DNA of 64,000 nt from Schmidtea nova. Its lineage: Eukaryota. Position numbers and translations under genes: made by a program. Shown one piece after another: positions 34,112 to 47,665 of this stretch. The DNA lies in the NCBI GenBank assembly GCA_044892505.1, contig CM097882.1, positions 15,376,001 to 15,440,000 on the forward strand, read 5' to 3'. The notes under the pieces were generated by a model that did not search any database, was not told the DNA's origin, and saw nothing but the letters and a program-made list of their open reading frames with translations. Within the stretch, counting starts at the first letter, position 1; every line of letters starts with the position of its first letter.

Positions 34112-35098
34112 TCATCCGAGTAATTTCTTACATTTTTCTTCATCATGCACACAAGCTATAATTTTCTTGTTCTCATAGTTCTGCTGTTCTTTCTTTCTTA
34201 ATAAATAACTATCACGAAAATTATGTCCTCCCTTACCACATATCAAACATTTATCTTTTAGATGGCATTCATATCTTCTATACCCATATTTTCCACAGCA
34301 AAAACATTGACCTGACTGTAATTCGTCGTTTCTTGGATCAGGAAGGCCTCTAGATCGATTGTATAATCTCTTGGCGATGTGTTTAAGCGAAACCGTTGGT
34401 GTCCTTCTATGCATATTCCGTTCGATTGTATTATTTATTTCGTTATTTCTGCTATACGAATTATCTAGTAAATTCTCTCTTCTGTAATTTCCTTGGATTC
34501 TTAATATATTGGCATTACTTCCATTAGTTTATCTGGTAAACGTTTCTGGATTCCTTCTCCTTGTTGCTTCTGCGTAACTACTCTTTTTTATTACCATAAT
34601 TTCTTTCGTCTTTTCTTTTGATTCCACTTTTCCGTAAATTTTGGCCAGTTGATTTCGTTCTTCTGCGGTCATGGTTGGTTTCATTGTTAGCGCATCTTTT
34701 AATCTTCTGCCTCTGACTCGTCCAGTTATAATTTCATTGGCAGTCTCCTCTACCCTCATTCCTGAATTAATAACTTCATTCACTAATTTTAATACCCTGA
34801 TTTCGAAGGCTGCATAACTTTCCTTTTCATCTTGTCTAATTGCAGCAAGTTCTTTAATCTTGTCTAAAATAGTTAATTTAAAAGTAAATGTTTCGGAAAA
34901 CCATTCTTTAGCAGCTTTATCTGTTGTTTTTTCTGTTTTAAAATTTTTCCACAGCGTAGCCACTTCGTCACAAAGTAGAAACTCGAATGCTTCTGTTCTC
35001 TTTAAGTCATTTCTAGCGATCCAATCATAAATTGCATTTCCCCATTTTTCAGCTTCTTTATTACATTTGCCGTCGTATCTTCTAATTTCCATATCCAA
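34112..35098 (-). pseudogene. gag: Gypsy gag fragments
   Basis: IRRYDGKC...EKW, ELAAIRQDEKES; CFCCGKYGYRRYEC and CLICGKGGHNFRDS knuckles. Confidence 0.8.
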
Positions 35099-35957
35099 GA
35101 GTTCTTGAGCGCGTTTTGGTAGTACGTCTCTTGCAGATTTTTCCCCCTCCTCGAGTCGTCATTATGTGAACATTTTCTGCGTGGTCGCCAGTTACAACAA
35201 TCGGTTCCATCTAAAGATTTATTTAATATAAACATAGAGTGATCACTCTTAAATAGTTATTTATAATGCGCAATAACTAACACAGTGATTGAATTACGCA
35301 ATATACTCTGAACTGCTTCACATTTGCTCTTTGGCCTTTATTTCAATTTCATTACTATAATAATAATAATAATTGAGAAAAGCAAACTAATCATATTAAA
35401 AAAAACGCGATATATTTCGACCGAATAACAGTCTTCTTCAGGATAGCAATCAAAATAATCAATAATAAATATTAAATATTTAAAAATATTAATCAATAAT
35501 AATCATCCTCAAATTGTATCAAAATTCAATTTTTAAAATAAAACTTTAAACATAAAATTAAAAAATTATTATATAAACATATTTTTAACAAACATAAAAA
35601 TTTAATTTATTTTATCAAAATTGAAAGCAAAAACATTTTTTTTTAGAAACACAAAATTTAAAAAATGAAAAGAATTCTCAAAAACAAACATAATTTAACC
35701 AAAAACACAATTCACAACATGCAATACCCAGTTATTTAAACACATTCAAAATATCCGTGAAACGATCTCTTTGAACATTAATTTTTGGATTTAAATATCT
35801 AATTAACAATACCTCACTAGTTAGTCGTTCCCAATAATTACTCAAACTTTTTGAAATAATTTTAAAATCAGATACACCTATTATTTTACTGACACATTTC
35901 TTTAAATGATCACAAAAATAATCAACATATTTAGTCGGTAATGGTCAAGAATTCAGG

Positions 35958-38900
35958 AGTAGGTAAATATGTCCTGCCTGAACCACTAACCCATGTGTGT
36001 ATATTACATAAGCGCTAGGGCTTAACATAGCGGGTCTTTATAGTACACTCTTTATTACGTAATATTTATCGACCTTTTCATAATACATGAGTTATGATAT
36101 CATAATCACGTAATCGGGGTCAAAGGTCAAGGCCATTTTTAGGTCAAAGGTCAAGGTCATTTTTATTTTATTTTTGGAGCAATTTTTGAATTTTACCGCC
36201 GTTTTGATATTCTGTTTAAATAAAATTTTAAAATTTAAATTATTTTTATTTCAATTAATATATTTTTTTTTAATATTTTTCTTATATTTTTTATATGTAT
36301 AATTATTATTATTTAACATATTATTATTTATNNNNNNNNNNNNNNNNNNNNNNNNNNNNNNNNNNNNNNNNNNNNNNNNNNNNNNNNNNNNNNNNNNNNN
36401 NNNNNNNNNNNNNNNNNNNNNNNNNNNNNNNNNNNNNNNNNNNNNNNNNNNNNNNNNNNNNNNNNNNNNNNNNNNNNNNNNNNNNNNNNNNNNNNNNNNN
36501 NNNNNNNNNNNNNNNNNNNNNNNNNNNNNNNNNNNNNNNNNNNNNNNNNNNNNNNNNNNNNNNNNNNNNNNNNNNNNNNNNNNNNNNNNNNNNNNNNNNN
36601 NNNNNNNNNNNNNNNNNNNNNTTTGATCTTTTTTTATTATTATTATCAATAATTCTCATAATGACTATATATCAAATTTTTTTTTATAAACAATAACACA
36701 ATATTTCGGCACAGCTTTTATCAAGGCTGTGCCGAAATATTGTGTTATTGTTTATAAAAAAAAAATTTGATCTATAGTCANNNNNNNNNNNNNNNNNNNN
36801 NNNNNNNNNNNNNNNNNNNNNNNNNNNNNNNNNNNNNNNNNNNNNNNNNNNNNNNNNNNNNNNNNNNNNNNNNNNNNNNNNNNNNNNNNNNNNNNNNNNN
36901 NNNNNNNNNNNNNNNNNNNNNNNNNNNNNNNNNNNNNNNNNNNNNNNNNNNNNNNNNNNNNNNNNNNNNNNNNNNNNNNNNNNNNNNNNNNNNNNNNNNN
37001 NNNNNNNNNNNNNNNNNNNNNNNNNNNNNNNNNNNNNNNNNNNNNNNNNNNNNNNNNNNNNNNNNNNNNNNNNNNNNNNNNNNNNNNNNNNNNNNNNNNN
37101 NNNNNNNNNNNNNNNNNNNNNNNNNNNNNNNNNNNNNNNNNNNNNNNNNNNNNNNNNNNNNNNNNNNNNNNNNNNNNNNNNNNNNNNNNNAAGAGACAAG
37201 ATAAAGAACATGTGCTTTAATATTGCCAGCCCTAAAGAGCGGTGATTAAATGCCTATGTATAAAAGACACGCTAAGCAAGTAATTGGGTCCACAAAGGTC
37301 GTCTGTGCCTTTCCAAAGTGGGGTCAATAGGACCTGGGCATCAATAATTCACTATTTATAGCGATCATGTCTCGGATAATCAAGGGTAGCCAGCTATCAA
37401 GACATCATCCACAACGTAGTGTTTCATACGCCATGAATGTGCCGGCAAGATATCGTCATAAACACTATGACCAAAATTAATTAATTTTAAGTCAAAAATA
37501 AACAAACATCGCAGAGGCCTCCAATTTGGTTGGATTACGGTCGCCCATCACAACGACTTACATGCTTCAATAAATAAAGGGTGAAAACGGAACCCACCTT
37601 AATATATTATAAAATTAAAAACAAATAAAATTTTTATCTTCTTTTTGTCATCAAGCACCTGGTTTTATCTAAAATTAATGAATAATTTAAATTACAAATA
37701 AATTACCATTTACAGAGTTTTCTCCTGGACCGTTGAAATAATTATCTAAAGTAAAAGTTTAAATTAATATTACAAATTAAATTTGTTTTAATTAACTATA
37801 TGCGCTGAAATAAATTTATTTAAAAATAATAACAAAAGTTTTATAAATATTTACTAAAAAGCTATTACTTATTTAACTAAACATTATTTAAATTATAAGT
37901 TTTAACTGAAATAACAAAAAGTTTCCTAAAATAATTACTTAAAGTTTAATTAATATTACTATTCTTGTTTAAATTATTTATTTTCCTTAAAATGAAAATT
38001 TGAAATTGATTTAAAAAGTTAATTTAAAATTATTACTAAGTTTAATTATTATAAAATATACTAATTTAATTTGTTTAAATTAATTGTTTGCGCTGAAATG
38101 CATTTATTTAAAATTAATAACAAATTTACTAAAATAGTATTGTGAGGCGTTTTTGTAATTTGTATTAAAATATAATGGTATGATGCTGTGCATGTTTGAT
38201 TGTATATTGAAATTCTTACTTATACATTAATTATATTTTTAGAAACTCCTCAAACAAATTAACGTTATAATTTGTTTTAATAATATTGGATTTTAAATTA
38301 ATAAACGTTATATTATAATTTGTCTTATGGATTCAATTAATACCCGTAGTGCTGTGGCTAATAACTATTACTAAATATTATTTAAATTATTAGTTTTTTA
38401 ACTGAAATATGAAAATTTAAATACAAATAGTTTCCTAAAACAATCACTTAAAGTTTAATTCTTATTATCTAAATTATTTATTTTACTTTAAATTTAAAGT
38501 TTATTATTAAATTTGTTGTATTAATAATTTTCTTTAAAATGTAAAAATTTGAAAAATTATACTTAAATTATTAAAATTAACTAACATATTACATAAATAA
38601 TTATTATTTATGTTATTCTTAATTTAATTACTTTAAAATATTATAAAAATATTTACATGACCGATTTTGACTTCTGTTTTCTCCATATATTAAAATACCT
38701 AAATAATCAAAATTAAAAATATATTTATAAATTAAAAAATCAACTTACATTTATCAAATTTTGAATATCATTTATAAAAAACATCTAAATAAAAAGTAAA
38801 TCAGTTATTAAAAATTAAAAGTTTTCATACTTTCTATTTTAAATATTATCTAAAATAAAATACTTGATTTATTAAAAATTTTATTTTTAAAAAGTTTTTT

Positions 38901-41709
38901 CTTAAAATTTGCATAAAACTAAATTAAACTTATAAATTAATTTAAACTATAATATAACTTTGAAAATTTTATTTAATCTATAATTTGTAATATAACTTTG
39001 AAAATTTTTATTTAATAATTTGAGATCTAACTTATATTAAGATTTTATTTTAGAGTTTGTAATAAATTTTAATTTAATTTTCAATTTAGTTAAATTGTCT
39101 AATTTTGATAAAAATAGGAGTTTTCGTTGAATTTTTTATAAAAGTGGTTCTTGAATAAATCATTAATATCAGTTAAACATGTCGGAGTATGTAAATCTTG
39201 TGTTCAAATTCCCATACTTATTTGTTTTTTATCAAACATTCAGACTAATTTGATCGGAACCCATTTTTCAAAGTTGATAGAGTAATGGCGACATTTTATT
39301 ACATGGGATCTGATAGGTCAAAGCTGATATCAACATATTATAGTTATTGATTGTTGAAATTTAATGGATGGGATCGTAATTGTACTGTAGTTAATATCTT
39401 ATATAAAAAGTATCATGCACATGTGTTTAATCAAACATTGGGATATAGGAACTGAGAAAGTCAAAGATTATAAGCGAATGGCAACATCTTATTACATGGA
39501 CTTCAATGGGTCAAAGATGATATCAACATATAAATACTTGTTGAAATTTAATGGATTGGATCGTAATTGTACTGTAGTTAATACCTTATATAAAAATTAT
39601 CATGCACATGTTTTTATCAATTATTGGGATTTGGGAACTAAGTGAGTCCAAGATTATAAGCAAATGGCGCAATCTATTTAAATGAGATGCGATGGGTGAA
39701 AACGGATAGGAGAATGACGCTATATTATAACATGGAATGAGATGGGTCAAAACTGATAAAATAATGGTGGTATCATGGGTCAGATTACAGGTATAATACA
39801 GTTTTAATGGATGGAATCGTAATTGACAGATAATTTAGTTAGTAATTTGTGTGTAAATTTCTTAGTGAAACATACCTGTTTAGGGGTTTTGTGCTTATTT
39901 TTTAGTAAACATTTTGTCGTTTCTTAGTGGTATTTGGCAACAGTTGATAACAAATACTGGTTTTTGGAATAAATCGATGAGGTTTATTCAATAAATTGCA
40001 CACACTCACAAATACATTGATTCAATCATGACCACAAGTTGTAACATTTCTCAGGTTTTTCTAAAATATTCCCAATAATAATAAGGCAAGGTTACAGTTA
40101 AGAATGAAACATGGTGGGTGTATAAGAGAAATGATTGTGATCGGTATGAGTCATGTGTGACTTATTCACGATATGGCTTTGTTGAGTTGCATACCTATGT
40201 GAGTCACTTCATGTTTATTGTACACGTATTGCATGCAAATTGTTTGACTAATATCCTGAAATTTTAAAATTAAACACTGAAATATTTTTAATAAAAATTT
40301 TAATAAAAAGAAATAGAAATTGACCGATTTATTAACCGTCCACATTACATGTGAAATGATATTTTTTCAACTACTTTCTCAAAACGATAAGTCGTCAACA
40401 GATCAGTACTGTCGGAAGTTCATCATCAATCGTCTTTAAATGATTCATTAAAATAACATTCAGATCGATTACAGTTGACATCCATATTCGAAATGGTATA
40501 ATTTCTGGAGCCCAATATTTATCAAATCTTTTAATTGATAAAGCTCTTGGATATTAAAGATTTCATCAGTTTTTCTAAAAATCAAATTTAAAATGAAAAT
40601 AATTAAAATTTGTCATTAGATGTTAAATTTGACATTAAATGAAAAACAAACGGAATTTATTTATAAATATTTAATTACTAGATATAAATTGATATAATAT
40701 TGAATAAATGTGCGCAAAACAATACAGGTGGGTTTTTATTCACCAAGATTCTGCTACTAGGGTTCTGGTACTCATTAACTTTGTTAGTCAGGCAAACAAA
40801 TTACATTTGTTGAATTAAATCAGAGTAAACATTGTCTTATTTGATGTGTTAAAAGGATAGTTTACTTAGTAGCATGGACATTTCTAGCAAGGTATCATTA
40901 TTATCATAGACATTATCAAATATACAGAAATTCATGTGATCATATATTGGTTTGAAAATAAGCTTTTAAGATCAAAATCCATCAAAAAATAGGTTATTTT
41001 ACCAAATGTTCTGCTATCAAGGTTTATGATACCATTTTATAGTACAAAATTGTCAATTTCTTTTAGAAACAGTAAATATTTTTTACACTAAAGTACATAC
41101 ATATACACAAAATGTTTTTACACTATAGTACAAAAACACATACAAAATATAGAAATTTATGATACACACAAAATATCATCACATTAGAATGCAAAACACA
41201 CATGAAATATCATTACATACGTGAAATACACACAACAGATATCATCACATACATAGAAAATAAACACACACACAGAATATAATCACAAAATATCATCATA
41301 CTATAGTGTAATAACACATAAATACATCGAAATACACAAAATATCAAAACAACATGAAAATCATCAAGAATACACAAAATATATCAAGAATATATAGAAA
41401 TTCATCACACACAAAATATCTAAAATACACAGAAATTCATCACACACAAAATATCATGACACATATGAAATATCATCATAAAATATCACCTTAAAGTTAC
41501 ATTTGACCTTTGACCCCGTTTACCTAATTATGACCTCATAATTTGTGTGCCATATAAAAGGCCGTTAAATGTTACATAATAACAAGTTTTCTATGTGAAA
41601 CCCGAGAGTTACGTAATGATTACGTAGTCAGGTGTACTATATAAAGCCAGAGCGCTTATGTAATATACACACAGGGGGTAGTGGTTCAGACAGGACATAT
41701 CTACCTACT
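35958..41709. mobile_element. TIR-bounded non-autonomous Polinton-like element (5.75 kb, contains gaps)
   Basis: Inverted termini AGTAGGTA... match at 60 of 66 positions. Further shared blocks (TAGTACAC, GGGGTCAAAGGTCAA) extend to ~190 bp. No TSD found. Confidence 0.55.
39285..39830 (+). repeat. ~190-bp degenerate tandem repeats, each starting ATGGC; the middle unit is a 55-aa ORF
   Basis: Units start at 39285, 39478 and 39664. 39478-39645 reads MATSYYMDFNGSKMISTY...CTVVNTLYKNYHAHVFINYWDLGTK. Confidence 0.7.
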
Positions 41710-42422
41710 CTCGCATGCAAGGATAACCGGAAGTTTCTCCAAATGTATGTGGTATTGCACCCATTAAATGAACGGAAAACAACTGGCGCTGGACACTTAT
41801 TAGTGAACATACTGCTAACTTTGCAAGACGTGGAAACAATCCTAAATTAATCTTTGTTTACTTTTTTTGAGAATCTTATGCATAAATTCTCTGAAGCCCT
41901 CAGGATAAGGCAAAACCAACACATTTTTCGGCTCAGTGCGATTAGATTGATTTTTGTCACTTTTAAAAACTAACACACTTTACAATAACTTAAAATGTTT
42001 TGGAGCAATATCAATTCCTAATTTTTTAAAACTATAAATCAAACTTTATTTTTTATAAAGAATTTTATCTACAGTGTTTTAAAAATTAATATTTAATAAA
42101 TATAAACGAAAAGATAAAAGGAGAAATATTAGAAATTAATGATGAACTAAACTCTGCTAATCATATGTCAATTCAAGAGGTAATGACAAGTTGAACTTAT
42201 TATGTTGGAATGATTAACAGAACAAGAAATTCAGCATTAATTTTTTGATCGATCAAAACAAATTTGATGTAGTGCCTTAGATTAAATATTCAATTTTATA
42301 AATTTCTTTTATTTTTTAAATTAATTAATTTAATTTAAGTAATTATTAAATGGAGCAAAAAAATTAATGGACGTTGTTTTAATATTCACATATTTTATAT
42401 TCACGCTGATCACACAAACAAA

Positions 42423-43040
42423 ATGCAAGCAACTTCAAACGATTCGATGTCTTCAGTCAACAGCTCAATTTACATCGACCGATTTTTCATGATTGAGAAT
42501 TCACAACATTTTATCCAAGATCTACACAATTACTTATTTTTACTGAACAACAACAATATCAACATCGAAACGTCAAAACGAAAATCGGAACCCGACTGCA
42601 AAGTTTATAGCAACAAATGCCGTGTTCAACACCATGAATGCATAAGTTTTTATTGTTTATTTGAAATTCAAAGAAGAAGCAATTGTCAGTTTTCTAAATT
42701 GCGAAAATGTTTCAATGTCGAAATGCGAAAAGAACCTGTACAAACAGAGATGTGTTTATCAATCAAGGGACCTCTCATGAACCTCAATTCGGACCCATCT
42801 GAGATGCCTAACTTCAAAACGCTATCAATCAATTCTCTGGATCACAATCAGTCTATTTCAATGCATCATTTATCTGCACAGGAAATCAATCTATACATAC
42901 AGTCACAGAGTTTGTACAGATCAACTCTCGATATCATTGGTCCAGATTCTCGTCTACTAAAAACTGAATTATCTATTAATACTCAATATATATTAAATAA
43001 ATCGAATTGGCTTTTAGTATTTCTACATTTGATTTTCTAA
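42423..43040 (+). CDS. Possible host exon, Cys-containing with a hydrophobic C-terminus; function unknown
   Basis: 205-codon open frame in AT-rich DNA with several Cys, ending WLLVFLHLIF. No family recognised. Confidence 0.35.
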   Translation: MQATSNDSMSSVNSSIYIDRFFMIENSQHFIQDLHNYLFLLNNNNINIETSKRKSEPDCKVYSNKCRVQHHECISFYCLFEIQRRSNCQFSKLRKCFNVEMRKEPVQTEMCLSIKGPLMNLNSDPSEMPNFKTLSINSLDHNQSISMHHLSAQEINLYIQSQSLYRSTLDIIGPDSRLLKTELSINTQYILNKSNWLLVFLHLIF

Positions 43041-44414
43041 TTATGGAAAATTTGATTAAAACACTAAACAATTTAGGTAGCAAAAACCAAATTTCTGGTA
43101 AAAATATGTTATTGCTTCTATGGTGACTCCAATCTCCATCATTCTAATCTAATCCATAAACATTTTTTAAGTGTTGAAATTTATTTGACTTTTTACGTGA
43201 TCTATTAATGTATAAGTTGTTAAATTTTGATTTTTCTATGGTCATCGTTTGTAAACTTTGACAACTTCACGATTCATGACTATAACCTCATTTGGGGACA
43301 CATAACTACAAATTGGCAATTATATTTCTTATGTACACAGTGGTATGAGAACCAGTGAGCAGATAAGCTTCTTTACTAAAACCTTTCTTCGATGTATTCA
43401 CCTTACTTGTTCATGGATGCTGATAGAAAGTCTAAGGCAAACCTTAAATTTACTTTTCAAGAGCACACTCATTCACGGCAAATCTCTTCATAAACAAGAC
43501 TTATCGTTATCTAGCGTTTACATCCATTTAAAAAAAACATACATCGATCTTCCAAAGTTTTGATCAGTGTCTCACTNNNNNNNNNNNNNNNNNNNNNNNN
43601 NNNNNNNNNNNNNNNNNNNNNNNNNNNNNNNNNNNNNNNNNNNNNNNNNNNNNNNNNNNNNNNNNNNNNNNNNNNNNNNNNNNNNNNNNNNNNNNNNNNN
43701 NNNNNNNNNNNNNNNNNNNNNNNNNNNNNNNNNNNNNNNNNNNNNNNNNNNNNNNNNNNNNNNNNNNNNNNNNNNNNNAGATACATCAGAATATATTCTG
43801 GCGACAAATATACAACATATATTTATATAGCTTTAGTAGGAGACAGTGTTCTGTCTAAACCACTGAGTTATCGCGCGTTTTTGGCGCCATTTTGAATTTA
43901 TGTTTTGTTNNNNNNNNNNNNNNNNNNNNNNNNNNNNNNNNNNNNNNNNNNNNNNNNNNNNNNNNNNNNNNNNNNNNNNNNNNNNNNNNNNNNNNNNNNN
44001 NNNNNNNNNNNNNNNNNNNNNNNNNNNNNNNNNNNNNNNNNNNNNNNNNNNNNNNNAGTATAATTTATTATTGTTATTATTATTTTTAAACAACTTCAAT
44101 GATAAACGTTCAAGAAAGCACTACTCAAAGTATTATAAACATATAACAAAATGAGACGACTATGCCAAACAACAGCAAAAAAATTACATGGTCAAATACG
44201 ATAAATATTAAACTAAATATTTATTACTTATTTTATTTATTATTTTTATTGTTTTTATTATTACTATTATTTCTACGATGTAACCATTGTTTCTAGAAAT
44301 TAATATAAAATTACAAAAATAGACTAAAACATCTATAAAAAATAAGACTGACTGATAAAAAACAAACTGAAACTAAGTTCTTCAACAATTTTATTTAATA
44401 AAACTGTTTCTACT

Positions 44415-44828
44415 TCAGTTTGATCTTGAAATTGTTGATCTGCATTGATTCTTGGATCGGTATGTTGAAATATAACCAAGTCGCCTCCCATGTTCCAAAC
44501 TTTTATTTTTTGTTACCCATTTCCTTTTATCATCTGCGTTTGTCAGTGCAGTCTTTTCATTTTTAATAGTAAAATGTTGATGATTTTTATTTGTGATTCT
44601 GGTTTGGGGAACAGAAAATATTTGGTTATTATTAAAACAGTCCAGGTATGACTGATGCTTTATGCCAGTACCCTCCAATGTTACAGCCTTATCTTTTTTA
44701 GTTTCGTCATCACCTAAAAAACTATAACATTTAGGTTCACTCATTGTATTTAAGCTTTTTATTCTAGTCTTTGAGCTTGCCAATGACAGAATCAAGGTTC
44801 CTACTGTATAAAGGTTGATTTGAATCAT
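44415..44828 (-). pseudogene. Second, diverged Polinton pPolB C-terminal fragment
   Basis: PKCYSFLGDD...GIKHQSYLDC...FSVPQTRITNKNHQ...DDKRKWVTKNKSL parallels 48916-49200. Confidence 0.85.
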
Positions 44829-47630
44829 AATTTTCAGATATTATAAATGCTATATAAAATTTTTACACTTTTAAAATGAATTAATATATTCATTTATTCA
44901 AACTAAAACCATTTTGTAGACAATTAAATTTTATCTATTCAATATTACAATGAAAACCCAAATAAGTTATTTTATTTAGGTGAAATATACAAATTTAATG
45001 ACAAAACACGTGTGCACTACGAAATACACAACATTTTGAATTTTTAATTCAGCCATTTTGTAGACAATAAAATTCTGTCTATCTATTGTTTTACTAAAAA
45101 CTCGATCGGGCCGGTTTATCGACTCGGAAATATTATTATTTACTAACCATTTTATTAATATATTTATATTATTTCTAAAAGCAAACATATTTAGTGAATC
45201 TAATTAGTAATTATTTTAATTAATATTAGTAATAAAACTTTTAAATTATCGCATTTCAATGCAAACAATTAATTAAAAAAGTTTGTTTTTAGTAATAAAT
45301 TTAGGTAAATTAGGTAATTTTTCTTTTTTTATTATAACTTTAAATTAAATTTTAGATAATAATTATCATATTTCAGCGAAAAAAATAATTCAAACAAATA
45401 AATTTAGTAATCATTTTAGATAATAAATTAATTTTTATATTTTGTAGTTAATTGATTTAAATTTTAACTTTAATTTTTCATTAGTCTCATTTTAAAAAAT
45501 TAGTTTAGTAATTTTGTATAATTTTGTAAAAGTTAATAAAGTAATTTGAAATAAAATATGTTTTAATTATTTATTTATCAAATTTAAATAAATTATATTA
45601 TGATATACATGATAATTACTATAAAAATTTAATAAAAATTAATAAAATTCTAATTTATAAGCAAATCTATGAAAATACACAATTTTATTAATATGCGAAT
45701 GACTTTATTTTATGTTCGATTTAACTAAACATATTTTTTTTTGTTTTAGGCTGAAAATCTAAATAAACTTAATTTCATGGTAATTTTATTTCAGTATTGC
45801 TAGTAAATATTGAAATAATATTATCACTATCTTAAGTAAAATTATGACATATTTTAAAGATATTAAACTAAAATGAAGATGAATAAATGAAATAAAAATA
45901 TATATAAAATCTAATTTTGTGATTCGAAAATTTATGTTACAGTCCGGTCAGTATTAAATATTTAGTACAATTTGAATGCTGTAATTTTTTTCTTGATAAA
46001 TTTATTATATTGTCGTTATTGTCTTGGATTAAAATTAGTTAAAATAATGGAAAATGTGTGAATTATCGATAAAGTTTGGTATGGATCAATGCTAAAATAT
46101 GAAGAATCATCAGTACTTGAAAGAAATTACGAAATTCAATGTTTTATCAATTAATTATGATAATAATCATCATTTTATGAGATTTATTGTTACTTGCTAT
46201 ATTGTCTTTAGAAAACAAAGTAAAGTATTCAATATATTCTGGTAAAATTATAATAATGAATGTTTGTAATTTGTAATATAAAATTAATATCACAGGAGAT
46301 TTTGATGTATTCTTTGCAGTTTTAATGTTAATCCATTATTAATCCATTATTACATTTTTGTCAGTAAAATATTTTGAAAATTATATTAAATATTGAAAGA
46401 ATGTCTATTTTTAAATAATTATTTAACACAATTTTCTTTTATTTAGAATAATTTATGAAAGAATATTTATAATTTAGTATGAATTGATCATTTGATAAAG
46501 AAATTTAAGTAAAGAATTTATAAAATTTTAACATAATTAATTTATAATAACAATTACATGAGTAGGTAGATGTGTGGAGTCAAAGACAAAGGAATGCGTG
46601 GGCGTAAAATTTTAAACAAAGGACTTTTTTTTCGAGACCCCCCTCCTTGGGGGTAAATTTCTTTTTTTTTTTCGCGCCAAAAATTTTTTTTCAATTTTTT
46701 TTTTCGCGCCAAAAATTTTTTTTCAATTTTTTTTTCGAAAAATTTTTTTAACACAAATTTTTTTAACAAATTTTTTTCACACAAATTTTTTTTAACACAA
46801 ATTTTTTTAACACAAATTTTTTTAACACAAATTTTTTTAACACAGATTTTTTTAACACAATTTTTTTTAACACAAATTTTTTTAACAAAATTTTTTTTTA
46901 ACACAATTTTTTTTTTAACACAAATATGAGTCATCGAAAAGTTTGCAACACGAGTGCAACTTAAACAAAGACAATGCAATACACGTGCAACATGAACAAA
47001 GACATTTTAAATACAAAGACAAAGACTTTGCAACACGCGTGCAACTTAAACAAAGACAATGCAATACACGTGCAAGGTAAAACTTATTAATGAACAACTT
47101 AAATTATAAAAATTAATTAATTAATAAAGTAAACTTATAAAAATAATAATAATAATATTAATAACTTATATAAATAATAATAATAATATTATAATAATAT
47201 TAATAATAATAACTTNNNNNNNNNNNNNNNNNNNNNNNNNNNNNNNNNNNNNNNNNNNNNNNNNNNNNNNNNNNNNNNNNNNNNNNNNNNNNNNNNNNNN
47301 NNNNNNNNNNNNNNNNNNNNNNNNNNNNNNNNNNNNNNNNNNNNNNNNNNNNNNNNNNNNNNNNNNNNNNNNNNNNNNNNNNNNNNNNNNNNNNNNNNNN
47401 NNNNNNNNNNNNNNNNNNNNNNNNNNNNNNNNNNNNNNNNNNNNNNNNNNNNNNNNNNNNNNNNNNNNNNNNNNNNNNNNNNNNNNNNNNNNNNNNNNNN
47501 NNNNNNNNNNNNNTGACTATAGATCAAATTTTTTTTTATTGTTTATAAAAAAAAATTTGATCTATAGTTATTATGAGAATTATTGATAATAATAATAAAA
47601 AAAGATCAAAGGTGAAAAAAGATAATTATC

Positions 47631-47665
<35 letters not shown>

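Larger units (their letters stand above)
30755..35356 (-). mobile_element. Decayed Ty3/Gypsy LTR retrotransposon
   Basis: LTRs at 35191-35356 and (gap)30755-30904, starting AGTAATG on the minus strand. PBS TGGCGACCACG at 35180-35190 (tRNA-Arg(UCG)-like 3' end). PPT AAAAAGTGGAG. Gag with two CCHC knuckles, then protease, RT, RNase H, integrase; multiple frameshifts. Confidence 0.92.

Noticed and set aside
35952-41715. 6-bp TSD for the TIR-bounded element
   Set aside because: The flanks TTCAGG and CTCGCA do not match.
46554-46979. 141-aa ORF with KKICV repeats
   Set aside because: It is a translation of the subterminal TTTTTTAACACAAA array.
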